A DNA stretch of 64,000 nucleotides from Alphaproteobacteria bacterium. Its GTDB lineage: Bacteria; Pseudomonadota; Alphaproteobacteria; RF32; CAG-239. A program made the translations under genes and the position numbers. The notes beneath the pieces were generated by a model, which saw only the letters and a program-made list of their open reading frames with translations, was not told the DNA's origin and did not search any database. The stretch lies in contig JAFXPE010000032.1 in the NCBI GenBank assembly GCA_017528205.1, positions 76,375 to 140,374 on the forward strand, given 5' to 3'. This document shows, piece by piece, positions 1-10,275 of this stretch; position 1 is the first letter of the stretch, and each line of letters begins with the position of its first letter.

Positions 1-3000
1 GCCGGTGCAAAAGCCGGTTGGGTTGCCGGTAATGCGTTGGCTGCTTATGAAAGCTATCAGATTGAGGCTAACAGCATGACTGAAAGTCTTTTAGACGTGA
101 CGGACAGCGACGGCAAGCCGCTTGAGGATTGGGTTGTTGACGGTGCTTCGTATGCTTATGGTGCAATCGCTGCTATGATTGAGCTTGTGCCGATGAAAGC
201 AGTAACAAATACGATTCCCGGAATGAAAAACATCACAAAGGTTGGTATTAAGCAGGCACTTAAAGAGGCAGTTAAGGATAAAACGAAACGCCAAGTCATT
301 ATGCAGATTATCAAAGACTACGGCTTAGCAGTTGCCGGCGAAAGTGCGGAAGAGGCAGCGCAACAATTTACACAAGCCGAATTTACGCGTGGCGCAAAGG
401 CTTTAATGAATGCTTTGTATGATACAGACTTTAAGCAACAATCATTTGCAAAAGATTTGGCTGAAAGTGCTGACGCTGCAATACAGGCCGGTAAAGCAAC
501 GGTAATTATGGCCGGTGCAAGCAGCGCAACACGCATAAAGCCTGAATTAAAAGCATGGCAGCGTGATCAAGAAACCAAAGAACTCAAACGCGGTCAAGAA
601 GCGAAAGCGCAATATGACGCGCAGCGTATGGACGAAGTGGCCGCCGCAGCTCAATCTTATATGCAAAAACCAAGTGCCGAACGCGCTACGCTTAAAAAAT
701 ATATGCAGCAAGCCAAGAATAGCAGCGTTTATCAAGATATTTATATGTCGGCCGATGACGCGCGCGCCGTTATGATTTCAGAGGCGGTGCAGAAAAACAA
801 GGCTGCATTGCAGGAAAGCGGTTTATATGATGATATTGAACGACAAATTGAGCAGGCTGATCAGCTTGGCACGCCGGTGCGCATTGCGTTTGAAACTTTT
901 GGCTCGGAAATTATGGCTAGTCAAGAGCTTTATGCAGCATTTAAAGACGTTATTAAAACTTATGAAAATGGTATTACCATGCAAGAATTGCGCTTGGAGG
1001 CTGAAAAGCAGCAGCAGGTGCGCAATAATATTGAGCAGGCCGCCAAAGACAATGCCAGTGATTATGAATATGCTTATCAGTATATTGTGGAGCAAGAGGC
1101 TGCCGGTGGTATTGATCAGCAGCGCAGAGGTTATACGGCAGAATTTTTGGCTAAGATCCTGACTTATATGGCTAAAGAAACGCAAACGCCGATCACGGAA
1201 GTTGTGGCTAAGTATGCACCGACATTTGAACGCTCTTTTGACGGCAGCGTCGGTGGTGGCCAGACGGTGCAAGATATTATCAGCACAATCAGAAAATCAG
1301 CGCAAGATAAGGAAGTGCAAAACCTTATGAAACGCGCCGGAGAACTCGGCAAGCGTGACGCACGCAAGATTGCAAAAATCTTAGGCAAACATTTAGATAA
1401 TGCAGCCGCCGGAGATGTGCAGCAATTTATGCGTGTTGTTAATGCAATCGGTGATATGAAACTCAATATTGAGGCAATGACTGACGAAGATATTGCAAAC
1501 AGCTTGGACAGCTACACAAAATCCGGCGATGTGCAACTGAATATTACACGCGACGACGCCGACAGAGTAAAAAGCGGTATTTTCTCGGCCAGTGAAAAGG
1601 CTTTGAGCGATATACAGGCAAACGGCCAAGACAGCGATTATGTTGTGGTTGGCGGTGGTAGAATACCGGTGCAATACCATATTGTTGAGCTTAACGATAT
1701 GGTTACATCTCACGATGACGCCGGCGCGGTTAATGAAAATTATCCGCAAGAGCTGCAGCCTCGTGACAGATCCAGAGCAGCAAGCGACACGCAAATTGCT
1801 GCGATTGTCAATAACTTTGCGCCGGAACGTGTCGGACAGGCAGAGATTGCAACAGAGGGCGCGCCGATTGTGACGCCGGAGGGGTTTGTTGCCGTCGGTA
1901 ATGGCCGCGCAATGGCTATCCGCCAAGTGTATAAAAATGCCGAAAAAGCGCAAGCATATAAAGATTATCTTGCCTCTAAAGGTTATGATCTGAATGGATT
2001 TGAGCAGCCGGTATTGGTGCGCAAGCTCGCTATTGACATGAACAATGAGCAGTTAAAGGCTTTAGTTGATGACGCAAATACAGCCGGCACCATGCAATAT
2101 TCGGACAGCGAAAATGCGCTGCGTGACGCTGATAAAATGAGCGGTAATTTGTTGGATCTGCTTGATATGGAGGCGGACATAGACAGTGCTGCAAACAGAC
2201 GTTTTTTGAACGCATTTTTTGCCGAAGTTGTGCCGACAGCCGAACGCAATGCTTATTTGGATAAGGACGATAAGATTACGCGCAAAGGTGTTGAACGTGT
2301 TGAAAATGCTATTGTGGCCAAGTTGTTACCTGACGCAAGAATGCTCTCAATTTTGGTTGAAAATCCTGACAATAATATCCGTAAAGTAACAAAAGAATTA
2401 GCAAAAGCCGCACCGGCAATCATTTCGTTTGAAAATGATATTGCCGCCGATCGGATCAATGCTGACTATTCTATTGCTGCAGATGTGTCGGGTGCGGTTG
2501 ATTTGCTTAAGCGCGCCAAAGATAGAGGGGTTACGGCTGCCGAATTTATTGCTATGCGCGATATGTTTGAGGCACCGATTTCCTCAAGCACTCAAAATAT
2601 GGTGCAACTCTTTGAAAAATCAAGTGGTGCAGCCGATTTTCTTAATAAGATCCGCAGCTATATCCGGCAGGCAGGTGAACAAGGTGATATGAGCCAAGAT
2701 AATATGTTTGGTTTGCAACCGGTGAGCAAAGCGGAGTTGTTGGATCAGTTGGCCAGACAAGAGAGTTTGCTGCAGCGCAATATTGCGCAAATATTTCAGC
2801 CGACACGGATTGAAAAAAGCAACTATATTGCAGATCTGCGCGCAGCAGAGCAATCTACCGGTAATGAGAAAAAGATCATCAGGCTCGGTGAATTGCCGGC
2901 CGTTTATAAGGCGATCGGAATACCGGCGGCAAAAGTGAATACAAGCAAAAAGGTGATCATTAAGGACACTATTGAAAAGCACGACGTGTCTTTGCAGGCG

Positions 3001-6000
3001 GTTGAGAATTTGCCGGATTTACTGGCTGATCCGATAGTGGTATTTAAGGCTTTGCCGTCGTCAACAGATCCGAATGCCTATATTGCAGTCTTGGACGCTA
3101 AAGATAAAAAAGGCTTGCAGATGATTGCTGCAATCTCACCGACGAAAAAAGAGGGAGGTTATCATTTTATTACAAGTTTTTACGGTAAAAAAACTTTGCA
3201 AAATATGGTAAATGCAGCAAACGAACTGGGTAATATTAAGTATATAAAAGAAAAGAGCCTTGTCAGTGCTGGTGAAATCCAATCTTTCCCTATTACACTA
3301 ACCGGCTCTTTAAATAATAATATACTACAAAAAGAGGATATTGTCAAGAGATCTTTTTATCAGCTGCCAAGAAAGAGCCATAAGGTGCATAGCGTATTTG
3401 ATTTAAGAGTTGGTGATAAGACTGCAATCGGCGATGTGCAAGAGATTAACAGTGAAAATCGGACAATCAAGATCAATGATCGGCTGCACTCTATGCTTAT
3501 GCTTGATACACAGATACAATATAAAGGCTTGACGGTTTATGACGGCCAAGAGCAGAATGAAGTTACTGAAACGACAGAACAAGTGCCGGCAGATGTTAAG
3601 AAAGCCACCGGTGATTTAGCAGCAGTGGCAGAACAGAAAAAGCATAATACTGAATATAACAAGGCAGCAATTTCTTATTTTGGCCTAACAAATAAACTGT
3701 CTGAAACTGGATATATTTTGACTGACGGCAGCCTTTTGGATTTAAGCGGCAAGAATTTTGGCGGATCTCCGAACATAAGATCACTTGATCATAGAGATGT
3801 TGTAAAGCCGTTAGATCGGTGGAATGCTAAAATGGAGGAATTTATTAACTCCGGCAATATTCGGTATTTGCCAGAGGGTGATAAATTGCTTATGAGCAAT
3901 ATGCCGACAGCTAAGCAGCTTAAGGTTATTGAAAATATTATCAATAAAACCGGCGGCAATATCACGATTGAGTTAATGGGCGACGCAAACCGTTGGGGAA
4001 TGAATAAAAATGACTTTTATAATGAGTATGTAAATGCGTCATTTAATCAAGTAAAGCGTGATATAAATGCTTTTTATAAAGGTGACGGTGTGCGTGAAAT
4101 AACGCGCTATTATCAGAAAATGTCAGTAACAAATGCTAAAATTGCCAAGCTACAAGAGAGTTTGCAGCAATGGGAAAAGTATTTGGCCGAAGTTATTGAA
4201 CCGAATAAATATAACTGGTATAAAGACGCGTTAGAAGATAACCGCAAGAATGCTAAGCGCAAGATTGCTCAATTTAAGCGTGATATTAAAAAAGAGCAAG
4301 AAAAGGCCAGTGTTCCGGTTGGTGATAAGCTATACGCTACACATAATATGAGTTTAGCCGGTGTAAAAGGTGCGTTAAGTCTTGGCGGCCTTGCCATGCC
4401 GTCACTTGCATTGCGTAAAGTGTCGCAAGGCAATATAAATCAATTTGGCGACATTGTATTTGTGGCTAATGAAAAAATGGTTGAGCCAAGCCGCACAACA
4501 GATGTATTTGATCGTGACGCATGGACGCCAAGCATAGCAAATTCTATGCGTTACACTCTCTTGCCAAGTGGTAATACATTCATAAAAAATGTGTTAGCCA
4601 AAGCAGGCAGAGAGCGCGATTTATCAATGTTTGTGTATAATATCAGTGAAAATCTTGATACGCCGAAGAGCAACGATATGGCGTTAGAACTCTATGCACT
4701 TGACAAAGGTATTGAGTTGGATCCGTATGAAACACTACACAGCGCGGAATATCTTGACTGGTATGACGAAAATATTATGGGCAATTCAGAGCCGTATTTG
4801 TGGACTGAAAATGCCAGTAATACGGATATGGTGGCCAAGAAATTTACGCTTGATAACATTATGAAGATCTTGAAAAAACAAGAGCGTAGTGGCGGCGGCT
4901 TTTTGGGTGAGCATGTTTGGAGTGTTAGAAACCTCTTGAATTTTATGGCCAAGAAATACAAAAACCTTGATGAAGTGCGTAAAGAAAAGCATAAACTTGT
5001 ATCTGCGGAGGAACAGGCGGATTATATACAGAAACTTGACAGCCAATTTTGGGATTTAGCCGAAGAGCTGAAAGTTGACGATTATGATTATATGTATGGT
5101 GATGATCGGTATGGTTTAGCCGTTGCGGTGGTTAATGCTGAAAATGGTGACGATACAATTAAAGATCGGTTGAAAAGCTACCATTTAGACACATCAGACG
5201 CAGCGATTGCCAAAGTGAAAGAGTTTAGTAATCAACTCAAGAACGTGTTGACTGATTATTTTGAGGTTAAACCTCGCCGCGTTGTTAATTTCAGCGAGTT
5301 TTCCGGTGTTATTATACCGGTAGGCCAAGAATATGACGCGGTGGCCAAGCAGCTTGAACATGAGTATATAACTGTTGAGCGCGCTAAAAAAGGTGACGCA
5401 GCCGATTATGAACGTGCTTTGATGAATATTCAAGCGAATGCAGAAACAACGTTTTTCCAAAATCAAAAGATTGACGCGGAGGCGTTGGGTGCTTATACGC
5501 CGCTTGAGCGTAAAATCACTCTGTTTCGCAACAACAATCTTTCAACTCTGATACATGAAAGCGGCCACTATTGGCTTGATATGCTGCAGCAGTTCGCTCA
5601 AATGCCGAACGCAAGCGAAAAACTACGCAATGATTGGGCAGTGGTAAAGGATTGGCTCGGCGTTGGTGAGGATAATGTTATCACGACAGAGCAACATGAA
5701 AAGTTTGCGCGTGGCGTTGAAAAGTATTTTTTGACGCGCAAAGCGCCCTCTTCTACTCTGGCCAAAATTTTTGACACTTTCCGGCGGTGGCTTGTTTCGG
5801 TGTATAAAGATGTAAAAGAGCTTGACGTTGATTTGAACGACGATGTTGCACGCGTGTTTGACCACATGCTTGCTAGTGAAAGTGAAATTGAAGAGTATGC
5901 GCAAGCGCAGCAATTTGCGGATATGTTGGAGAAAAGCACTAAAGGCTTAAGCAATGCAGATCTGGCCAAGTATGCCGAATTAACCGAACAGGCAATGACA

Positions 6001-9000
6001 ATGGCTAAAGATAAGCACCTGACGGACAAAGTTGCTTTAATCCTTAAAGAAGAAACAGAGGCCTATAAAGAAAAGCAAGCGCAGCTCAAGGCTCAAGTGT
6101 TGGAAGAGTGGAGCAAGGACAATTTGAATAAGGCCGTTTATATCTTGGTGACAGGCGAAGTGCCGCATGGCCACTTGGATATTAAGATAAAAACGGACGA
6201 TCTCAAGACGTTGCTCGGCGATAATTACGAACGTTACGCTATTTTTGGCGGCAAACCGATTTTTGCTGACGACGGAATAAGCCTTGTAGATTTGCAGGAA
6301 TTTACCGGCTTAACCGAAAAGCAGGTAAAGGCAGCACTTTTGACAGCCAGACAGCGTATGCGCAACTTTAAGCAAGCCTTACAGCAGCGCACGCATGAAG
6401 AGCTTGGCGATCCGGTAACCTATGACGATGTGCAAAAACAGGTTATTGCCTCTTATTATAACGACAAACGCGCTCAACTTTTAGACTTGGATCTGAAAAG
6501 TTTGGCCGGTGATGACGCGAAAAAGCAAGCAATATCCACGCAAGGCTTTAAGCAGTGGGCTGCCGACACAATCAGTCGCATTGCAATTAAAGACTTGCGG
6601 CCGGATCAATACTCAAGAGCCATGCAATTTGCCGGTGATAAGGCAATGGCTGCACTCAATCACGGACAGCGCGGCTTAGCGTATAGAATGAAAATACAGC
6701 AAATACGCAATTTTGTGTTATATCGTGAGGCGTCGGCCAGACAGGCGGAAGTTGAAAGCACATTGCGCCGGTTGAAACAGATCGGCAAGCAGGAAGTCAA
6801 CCACGATGTTGATCAAGTCTATCAAGACGCAGTGCGTGCACTCTTGAGCCGTTTTACACTCTCAAGAGCATTAACGCAAAAGGCTAAAGAACGTCTTGGC
6901 AATTTGAGTGCTTGGATCTTAGAGCAGCGCAGCAACGGCTATGATATTGTTGTGCCGGCTGATCTTTTGGAAAAAAACAACGGCACAAGCTATACAGAGC
7001 TGACGGTTGATGAATTTTTGACACTTGGTGAGAGTGTTAAGAGTTTAGTGACTAATGGCCGCGCAATCCGTCAATTTGAAATTGAGGGCGAACTGATTGA
7101 GCGCGAAAAACTGCTGCAAGAGTTTGCTGCGCAGCTGCGCAAGACTTATAAAGGCCGCGATATTCAGCGCACCGGTAAAAAGAAGTTTAGAGGTATATCT
7201 GAATTGCTTGCACCGGCTGACGCTGCGGTGGTTGGTTTTGGTGATTTTTCTAACCGGATTGACGGCTATGATACAAACGGCATTTTTCACCGGTTATTTT
7301 TACGGCCGATGACGGAGAGCCAAAACAGAGAAAACGAGTTGCTGCGTCTATATGGTGGCAAGATGAAACAACTGCAAGAGGCTTTACCGGAATGGGTAAA
7401 GAAACAACTTTTTGATAACGTTACCGGTGCAAAAGAGGTGCTTGGCGCAGACTATACGCGCGGCGAATTGATAAGTATTGCCTTAAATATGGGTAACTTA
7501 AGCAACTTGCAGCGTTTACATGACGGCAACGGATTTTCTGACGAACAGCTTGCTTGGGTTTCCGGCACGCTTAGCCACGAAGAATGGGATTATATTCAGG
7601 GCGTATGGGATACGCTTGAAAGTATGTATCCTATGCTTGCAGAGCACCATAAGAAAATGAGCGGCTTGGACATGGATCATGTTTTGGCCGCGCCGGTGGT
7701 AACGCCTTACGGTGTTTATAAAGGTGGATATTTTCCGCTCTTTTATGATAGATCGGCGGAAATGGAGGCGCGCCGCAATAACAGCCTTGAGCAAGCATTG
7801 CTTGAGAGTGATTACGGCCGCGCAACGACAAGCACCGGCTACACAAAGCAACGTCAAAATATCGTTAATGAGGCAATTAAGTTTGATCTTGGCCTGATAC
7901 ACAGACACTTGGCAAGCGCAATTCATGATCTGGCTTGGCGCGGAAATATCCGACAGATGTGGAATATGGCTAATAATCCGACATTTATGGCCACAATGGA
8001 CGGCTATTTGCATGAAAGCTATAGGCAGCAGCTTATGAAGTTAATCAAAGATCTGGCTAACTCAACAAACAGAGAGGCCAGAGAGATGACTTTTGCTGAA
8101 CGCATGGCGCGCAATATGCGTGTGGCCAGAACGACGATCGGCTTAGGTTTTAGAGTTAAGACGGCAGTTAAACAACTGACAGGCTTTGCTCAATCGGTGG
8201 CTATTATGAAACGTTACGGCCATAAAAACAAAGGCAAACATAGTGCAAGCTATTGGCTTATAAAAGGCACAAAGGCGTTTGCCTCCGATAAGACGACGCG
8301 TGAATGGTGTTTGGCTAACTCCGGTGAGCTTAGAACACGCTTGAATAACATGGACGCAAACATTGCAGAGGCCATGAAAGGTGTGGCTACAAAACAATCA
8401 AAGCTGCAAAAGATTGATGAAAATATCTACAATGCAGCGTTTTGGGCAATCGGTAAAGTTGATGTTTTCACGGCAGAGAGCACTTGGTATGCTGCATATT
8501 TGCAGGCGACAAATGACTTTGGTTACAAACATCAGGACGCGGTATTTTATGCCGACAGAGTGATGATTGAAAGTCAAGGCAGCGGCAATCTTAAAGATAA
8601 GCCGGCCATGCAACGCAAAAACGAATGGGAAAAAATGTTTTTAATGTTTTATTCGCCGTTTAGCGGAATGTATGGCCTTTGGACGTCTGTCATCAGAGAT
8701 ATACGCGACGGTAAAGAACGATCCGCAGCGTTGGCTGATTTGGCGGTGGCGATGTGCTTGCCGGCGTTTCTTGAGGCGTTGGTTGACGGTGATCAGCCGG
8801 ACAGTGATGATGATTTGGCCGAATGGCTTAAATTCTTCTTGCTGCGGCCGATTATGTTTTGGGCGTCAACAATGCCGATCTCAAGAGATTTAGCAAGCTA
8901 TTTTGAATATGGCCGCGCACAAGGCTTTTTCGGTGATACGTTTAAGGCGATCGCTGATTTGCCAAAAGTGGTGACAAGCGATAAATGGACGGCCGGCAAG

Positions 9001-9198
9001 CGTGTTAATGCGGTAATGAACGCAAGCGCGCAAATAGCCGGCACTTTCGGATTTAATTTGCCGGTTGGCGGACAGCTCGCAGACTGGACACAATGGCTGA
9101 CAGATGTGGCTGCCGGTAATATTAAAATTGAAAGTCCAATGAATGTTATCTGGGGTGTTTGGCGTGGTAAAGACGGCAAGCCTAAAGATAAAAAATAA
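1..9198 (+). CDS. Giant modular 'polyvalent' phage protein (5'-truncated, >3060 aa), likely virion-internal/injected. Putative domains: ddrB-like ParB (~1640-2700), MuF-C/PBECR-like RNase (~2870-3245), uncharacterised inserts, HExxH metallopeptidase (~5490-5880)
   Basis: Frame is open from base 1. Motifs TSHD..NENYPQELQPRDRSRAAS..GAPIV..VGNGR (ParB-like), LGELP..KH..LPDLLADPIVVF..HFITSFYGK (MuF-C/BECR-like) and STLIHESGH..QHEKFARGVEKY (zincin). Lies just upstream of tail-fibre genes. Confidence 0.75.
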   Translation, partial: AGAKAGWVAGNALAAYESYQIEANSMTESLLDVTDSDGKPLEDWVVDGASYAYGAIAAMIELVPMKAVTNTIPGMKNITKVGIKQALKEAVKDKTKRQVIMQIIKDYGLAVAGESAEEAAQQFTQAEFTRGAKALMNALYDTDFKQQSFAKDLAESADAAIQAGKATVIMAGASSATRIKPELKAWQRDQETKELKRGQEAKAQYDAQRMDEVAAAAQSYMQKPSAERATLKKYMQQAKNSSVYQDIYMSADDARAVMISEAVQKNKAALQESGLYDDIERQIEQADQLGTPVRIAFETFGSEIMASQELYAAFKDVIKTYENGITMQELRLEAEKQQQVRNNIEQAAKDNASDYEYAYQYIVEQEAAGGIDQQRRGYTAEFLAKILTYMAKETQTPITEVVAKYAPTFERSFDGSVGGGQTVQDIISTIRKSAQDKEVQNLMKRAGELGKRDARKIAKILGKHLDNAAAGDVQQFMRVVNAIGDMKLNIEAMTDEDIANSLDSYTKSGDVQLNITRDDADRVKSGIFSASEKALSDIQANGQDSDYVVVGGGRIPVQYHIVELNDMVTSHDDAGAVNENYPQELQPRDRSRAASDTQIAAIVNNFAPERVGQAEIATEGAPIVTPEGFVAVGNGRAMAIRQVYKNAEKAQAYKDYLASKGYDLNGFEQPVLVRKLAIDMNNEQLKALVDDANTAGTMQYSDSENALRDADKMSGNLLDLLDMEADIDSAANRRFLNAFFAEVVPTAERNAYLDKDDKITRKGVERVENAIVAKLLPDARMLSILVENPDNNIRKVTKELAKAAPAIISFENDIAADRINADYSIAADVSGAVDLLKRAKDRGVTAAEFIAMRDMFEAPISSSTQNMVQLFEKSSGAADFLNKIRSYIRQAGEQGDMSQDNMFGLQPVSKAELLDQLARQESLLQRNIAQIFQPTRIEKSNYIADLRAAEQSTGNEKKIIRLGELPAVYKAIGIPAAKVNTSKKVIIKDTIEKHDVSLQAVENLPDLLADPIVVFKALPSSTDPNAYIAVLDAKDKKGLQMIAAISPTKKEGGYHFITSFYGKKTLQNMVNAANELGNIKYIKEKSLVSAGEIQSFPITLTGSLNNNILQKEDIVKRSFYQLPRKSHKVHSVFDLRVGDKTAIGDVQEINSENRTIKINDRLHSMLMLDTQIQYKGLTVYDGQEQNEVTETTEQVPADVKKATGDLAAVAEQKKHNTEYNKAAISYFGLTNKLSETGYILTDGSLLDLSGKNFGGSPNIRSLDHRDVVKPLDRWNAKMEEFINSGNIRYLPEGDKLLMSNMPTAKQLKVIENIINKTGGNITIELMGDANRWGMNKNDFYNEYVNASFNQVKRDINAFYKGDGVREITRYYQKMSVTNAKIAKLQESLQQWEKYLAEVIEPNKYNWYKDALEDNRKNAKRKIAQFKRDIKKEQEKASVPVGDKLYATHNMSLAGVKGALSLGGLAMPSLALRKVSQGNINQFGDIVFVANEKMVEPSRTTDVFDRDAWTPSIANSMRYTLLPSGNTFIKNVLAKAGRERDLSMFVYNISENLDTPKSNDMALELYALDKGIELDPYETLHSAEYLDWYDENIMGNSEPYLWTENASNTDMVAKKFTLDNIMKILKKQERSGGGFLGEHVWSVRNLLNFMAKKYKNLDEVRKEKHKLVSAEEQADYIQKLDSQFWDLAEELKVDDYDYMYGDDRYGLAVAVVNAENGDDTIKDRLKSYHLDTSDAAIAKVKEFSNQLKNVLTDYFEVKPRRVVNFSEFSGVIIPVGQEYDAVAKQLEHEYITVERAKKGDAADYERALMNIQANAETTFFQNQKIDAEALGAYTPLERKITLFRNNNLSTLIHESGHYWLDMLQQFAQMPNASEKLRNDWAVVKDWLGVGEDNVITTEQHEKFARGVEKYFLTRKAPSSTLAKIFDTFRRWLVSVYKDVKELDVDLNDDVARVFDHMLASESEIEEYAQAQQFADMLEKSTKGLSNADLAKYAELTEQAMTMAKDKHLTDKVALILKEETEAYKEKQAQLKAQVLEEWSKDNLNKAVYILVTGEVPHGHLDIKIKTDDLKTLLGDNYERYAIFGGKPIFADDGISLVDLQEFTGLTEKQVKAALLTARQRMRNFKQALQQRTHEELGDPVTYDDVQKQVIASYYNDKRAQLLDLDLKSLAGDDAKKQAISTQGFKQWAADTISRIAIKDLRPDQYSRAMQFAGDKAMAALNHGQRGLAYRMKIQQIRNFVLYREASARQAEVESTLRRLKQIGKQEVNHDVDQVYQDAVRALLSRFTLSRALTQKAKERLGNLSAWILEQRSNGYDIVVPADLLEKNNGTSYTELTVDEFLTLGESVKSLVTNGRAIRQFEIEGELIEREKLLQEFAAQLRKTYKGRDIQRTGKKKFRGISELLAPADAAVVGFGDFSNRIDGYDTNGIFHRLFLRPMTESQNRENELLRLYGGKMKQLQEALPEWVKKQLFDNVTGAKEVLGADYTRGELISIALNMGNLSNLQRLHDGNGFSDEQLAWVSGTLSHEEWDYIQGVWDTLESMYPMLAEHHKKMSGLDMDHVLAAPVVTPYGVYKGGYFPLFYDRSAEMEARRNNSLEQALLESDYGRATTSTGYTKQRQNIVNEAIKFDLGLIHRHLASAIHDLAWRGNIRQMWNMANNPTFMATMDGYLHESYRQQLMKLIKDLANSTNREAREMTFAERMARNMRVARTTIGLGFRVKTAVKQLTGFAQSVAIMKRYGHKNKGKHSASYWLIKGTKAFASDKTTREWCLANSGELRTRLNNMDANIAEAMKGVATKQSKLQKIDENIYNAAFWAIGKVDVFTAESTWYAAYLQATNDFGYKHQDAVFYADRVMIESQGSGNLKDKPAMQRKNEWEKMFLMFYSPFSGMYGLWTSVIRDIRDGKERSAALADLAVAMCLPAFLEALVDGDQPDSDDDLAEWLKFFLLRPIMFWASTMPISRDLASYFEYGRAQGFFGDTFKAIADLPKVVTSDKWTAGKRVNAVMNASAQIAGTFGFNLPVGGQLADWTQWLTDVAAGNIKIESPMNVIWGVWRGKDGKPKDKK
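3246..3311 (-). ncRNA. Candidate ~66-nt antisense small RNA nested in the giant gene
   Basis: Starts ~8 nt after the -10 box. Stems AAAGAGCC/GGCUCUUU (3311-3304 with 3259-3252) and GUUAGUG/CACUGAC (3302-3296 with 3268-3262); ends in UUUUCUUUU. Confidence 0.5.
3319..3347 (-). promoter_or_regulatory. Antisense sigma70-type promoter inside the giant gene
   Basis: Minus strand reads TTGACA (3347-3342), 17-bp spacer, TATATT (3324-3319). Confidence 0.7.
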
Positions 9199-9239
9199 GG
9201 ATTTCTCCTTGCTATTATTATGTTTTGTGTTGAACAACT

Positions 9240-9265
9240 GGGCGGCGGCAACGCTGCCCTTTTTT
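9240..9265 (+). terminator. Intrinsic terminator (GCAA tetraloop)
   Basis: GGGCGGCG-GCAA-CGCTGCCC followed by T6. Confidence 0.75.
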
Positions 9266-9281
9266 ATAGAGAGGTAAAAAT

Positions 9282-10259
9282 ATGACTATTCCTGCAAGTA
9301 TGCCGGCAAAAGTTGCCTACATTGGCGATGGGGTAACAGTCAACTTTCCGGTGCCGTTTATGTATTTTGCAAATACCGACGGCACAAAACAAATAAAAGT
9401 TGTGCTTGCTGACGCAAACGGTGAAAATGAAGTGGTTAAAGTAGAAAACACGGATTTTACTATTACGGCAGCAGGTGGCACAAACGGAACACTGACAATG
9501 AATGTAGCACCGCCGGCAAATTATAAATTAACGATAGCCTACAATATACCGATTGAGCAACTGGTTGACTGGGAAGAGTTCGGCCGCTTGCCAAGCGAAA
9601 GTATTGAAAAAGCATTTGATAAGGTGACAGCGATCTTAAAGCAGCTTTATGAGGTTTTAGGCCGGTGTATTCAAGTGCCAATATCATCAAATGAACAACC
9701 TAACGATGTTTTTCAACGATTTCAGGATCAAATGGCGGAGTTGATAACTTCGGCAAATGCAGCGATTGCAGCAGCGCAAGCCTCTGCAGATAACGCAAGT
9801 GCGTCGGCTTTAGAGGCATACAATTATGCTGAAAGTGTTAAATTCGGTTTTCATCGTGAGGCTATTGCTGCCGGTGACTGGCAAGCCGCCGGTGACGTTT
9901 ATAAAATCTTTTTTCCTGACGTCGGGATTATCTCGGCAGTATATCGCACAACCTTGTCGGGCGCAGAGCGTATGGCAAATGTGGATATACAGGATAATGG
10001 CACAGGTGTCACGCTTGTTGCACAGCAGCCGTTTGCAGGTTATTGCCTGATTGCAGACGCGCAGAATGCTCAATTTGTATATCATCAACGCAGCGCAAGC
10101 AGTCGGTGGGTGATACAGCATGATTTAGGCAAATATCCGACAGTGCAATGCCTTAGAGATGACGGCGTTGTTATGGTCGGCACGGTTAAACATAACAGCA
10201 TGAACAATCTGCACATTGATTTCACGGAAGATTTGAGCGGTATTGCCGTGCTTAGCTAA
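9282..10259 (+). CDS. Tail fibre/adaptor protein with T7-tail-fibre-like N-terminal anchor
   Basis: YIGDGVTVNFPVPFMYF N-terminal motif, Ala-rich coiled coil, C-terminal WVIQHDLGKYP domain; GAGG RBS. Confidence 0.7.
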   Translation: MTIPASMPAKVAYIGDGVTVNFPVPFMYFANTDGTKQIKVVLADANGENEVVKVENTDFTITAAGGTNGTLTMNVAPPANYKLTIAYNIPIEQLVDWEEFGRLPSESIEKAFDKVTAILKQLYEVLGRCIQVPISSNEQPNDVFQRFQDQMAELITSANAAIAAAQASADNASASALEAYNYAESVKFGFHREAIAAGDWQAAGDVYKIFFPDVGIISAVYRTTLSGAERMANVDIQDNGTGVTLVAQQPFAGYCLIADAQNAQFVYHQRSASSRWVIQHDLGKYPTVQCLRDDGVVMVGTVKHNSMNNLHIDFTEDLSGIAVLS

Positions 10260-10275
10260 AAAAAGGAAAAAATAA

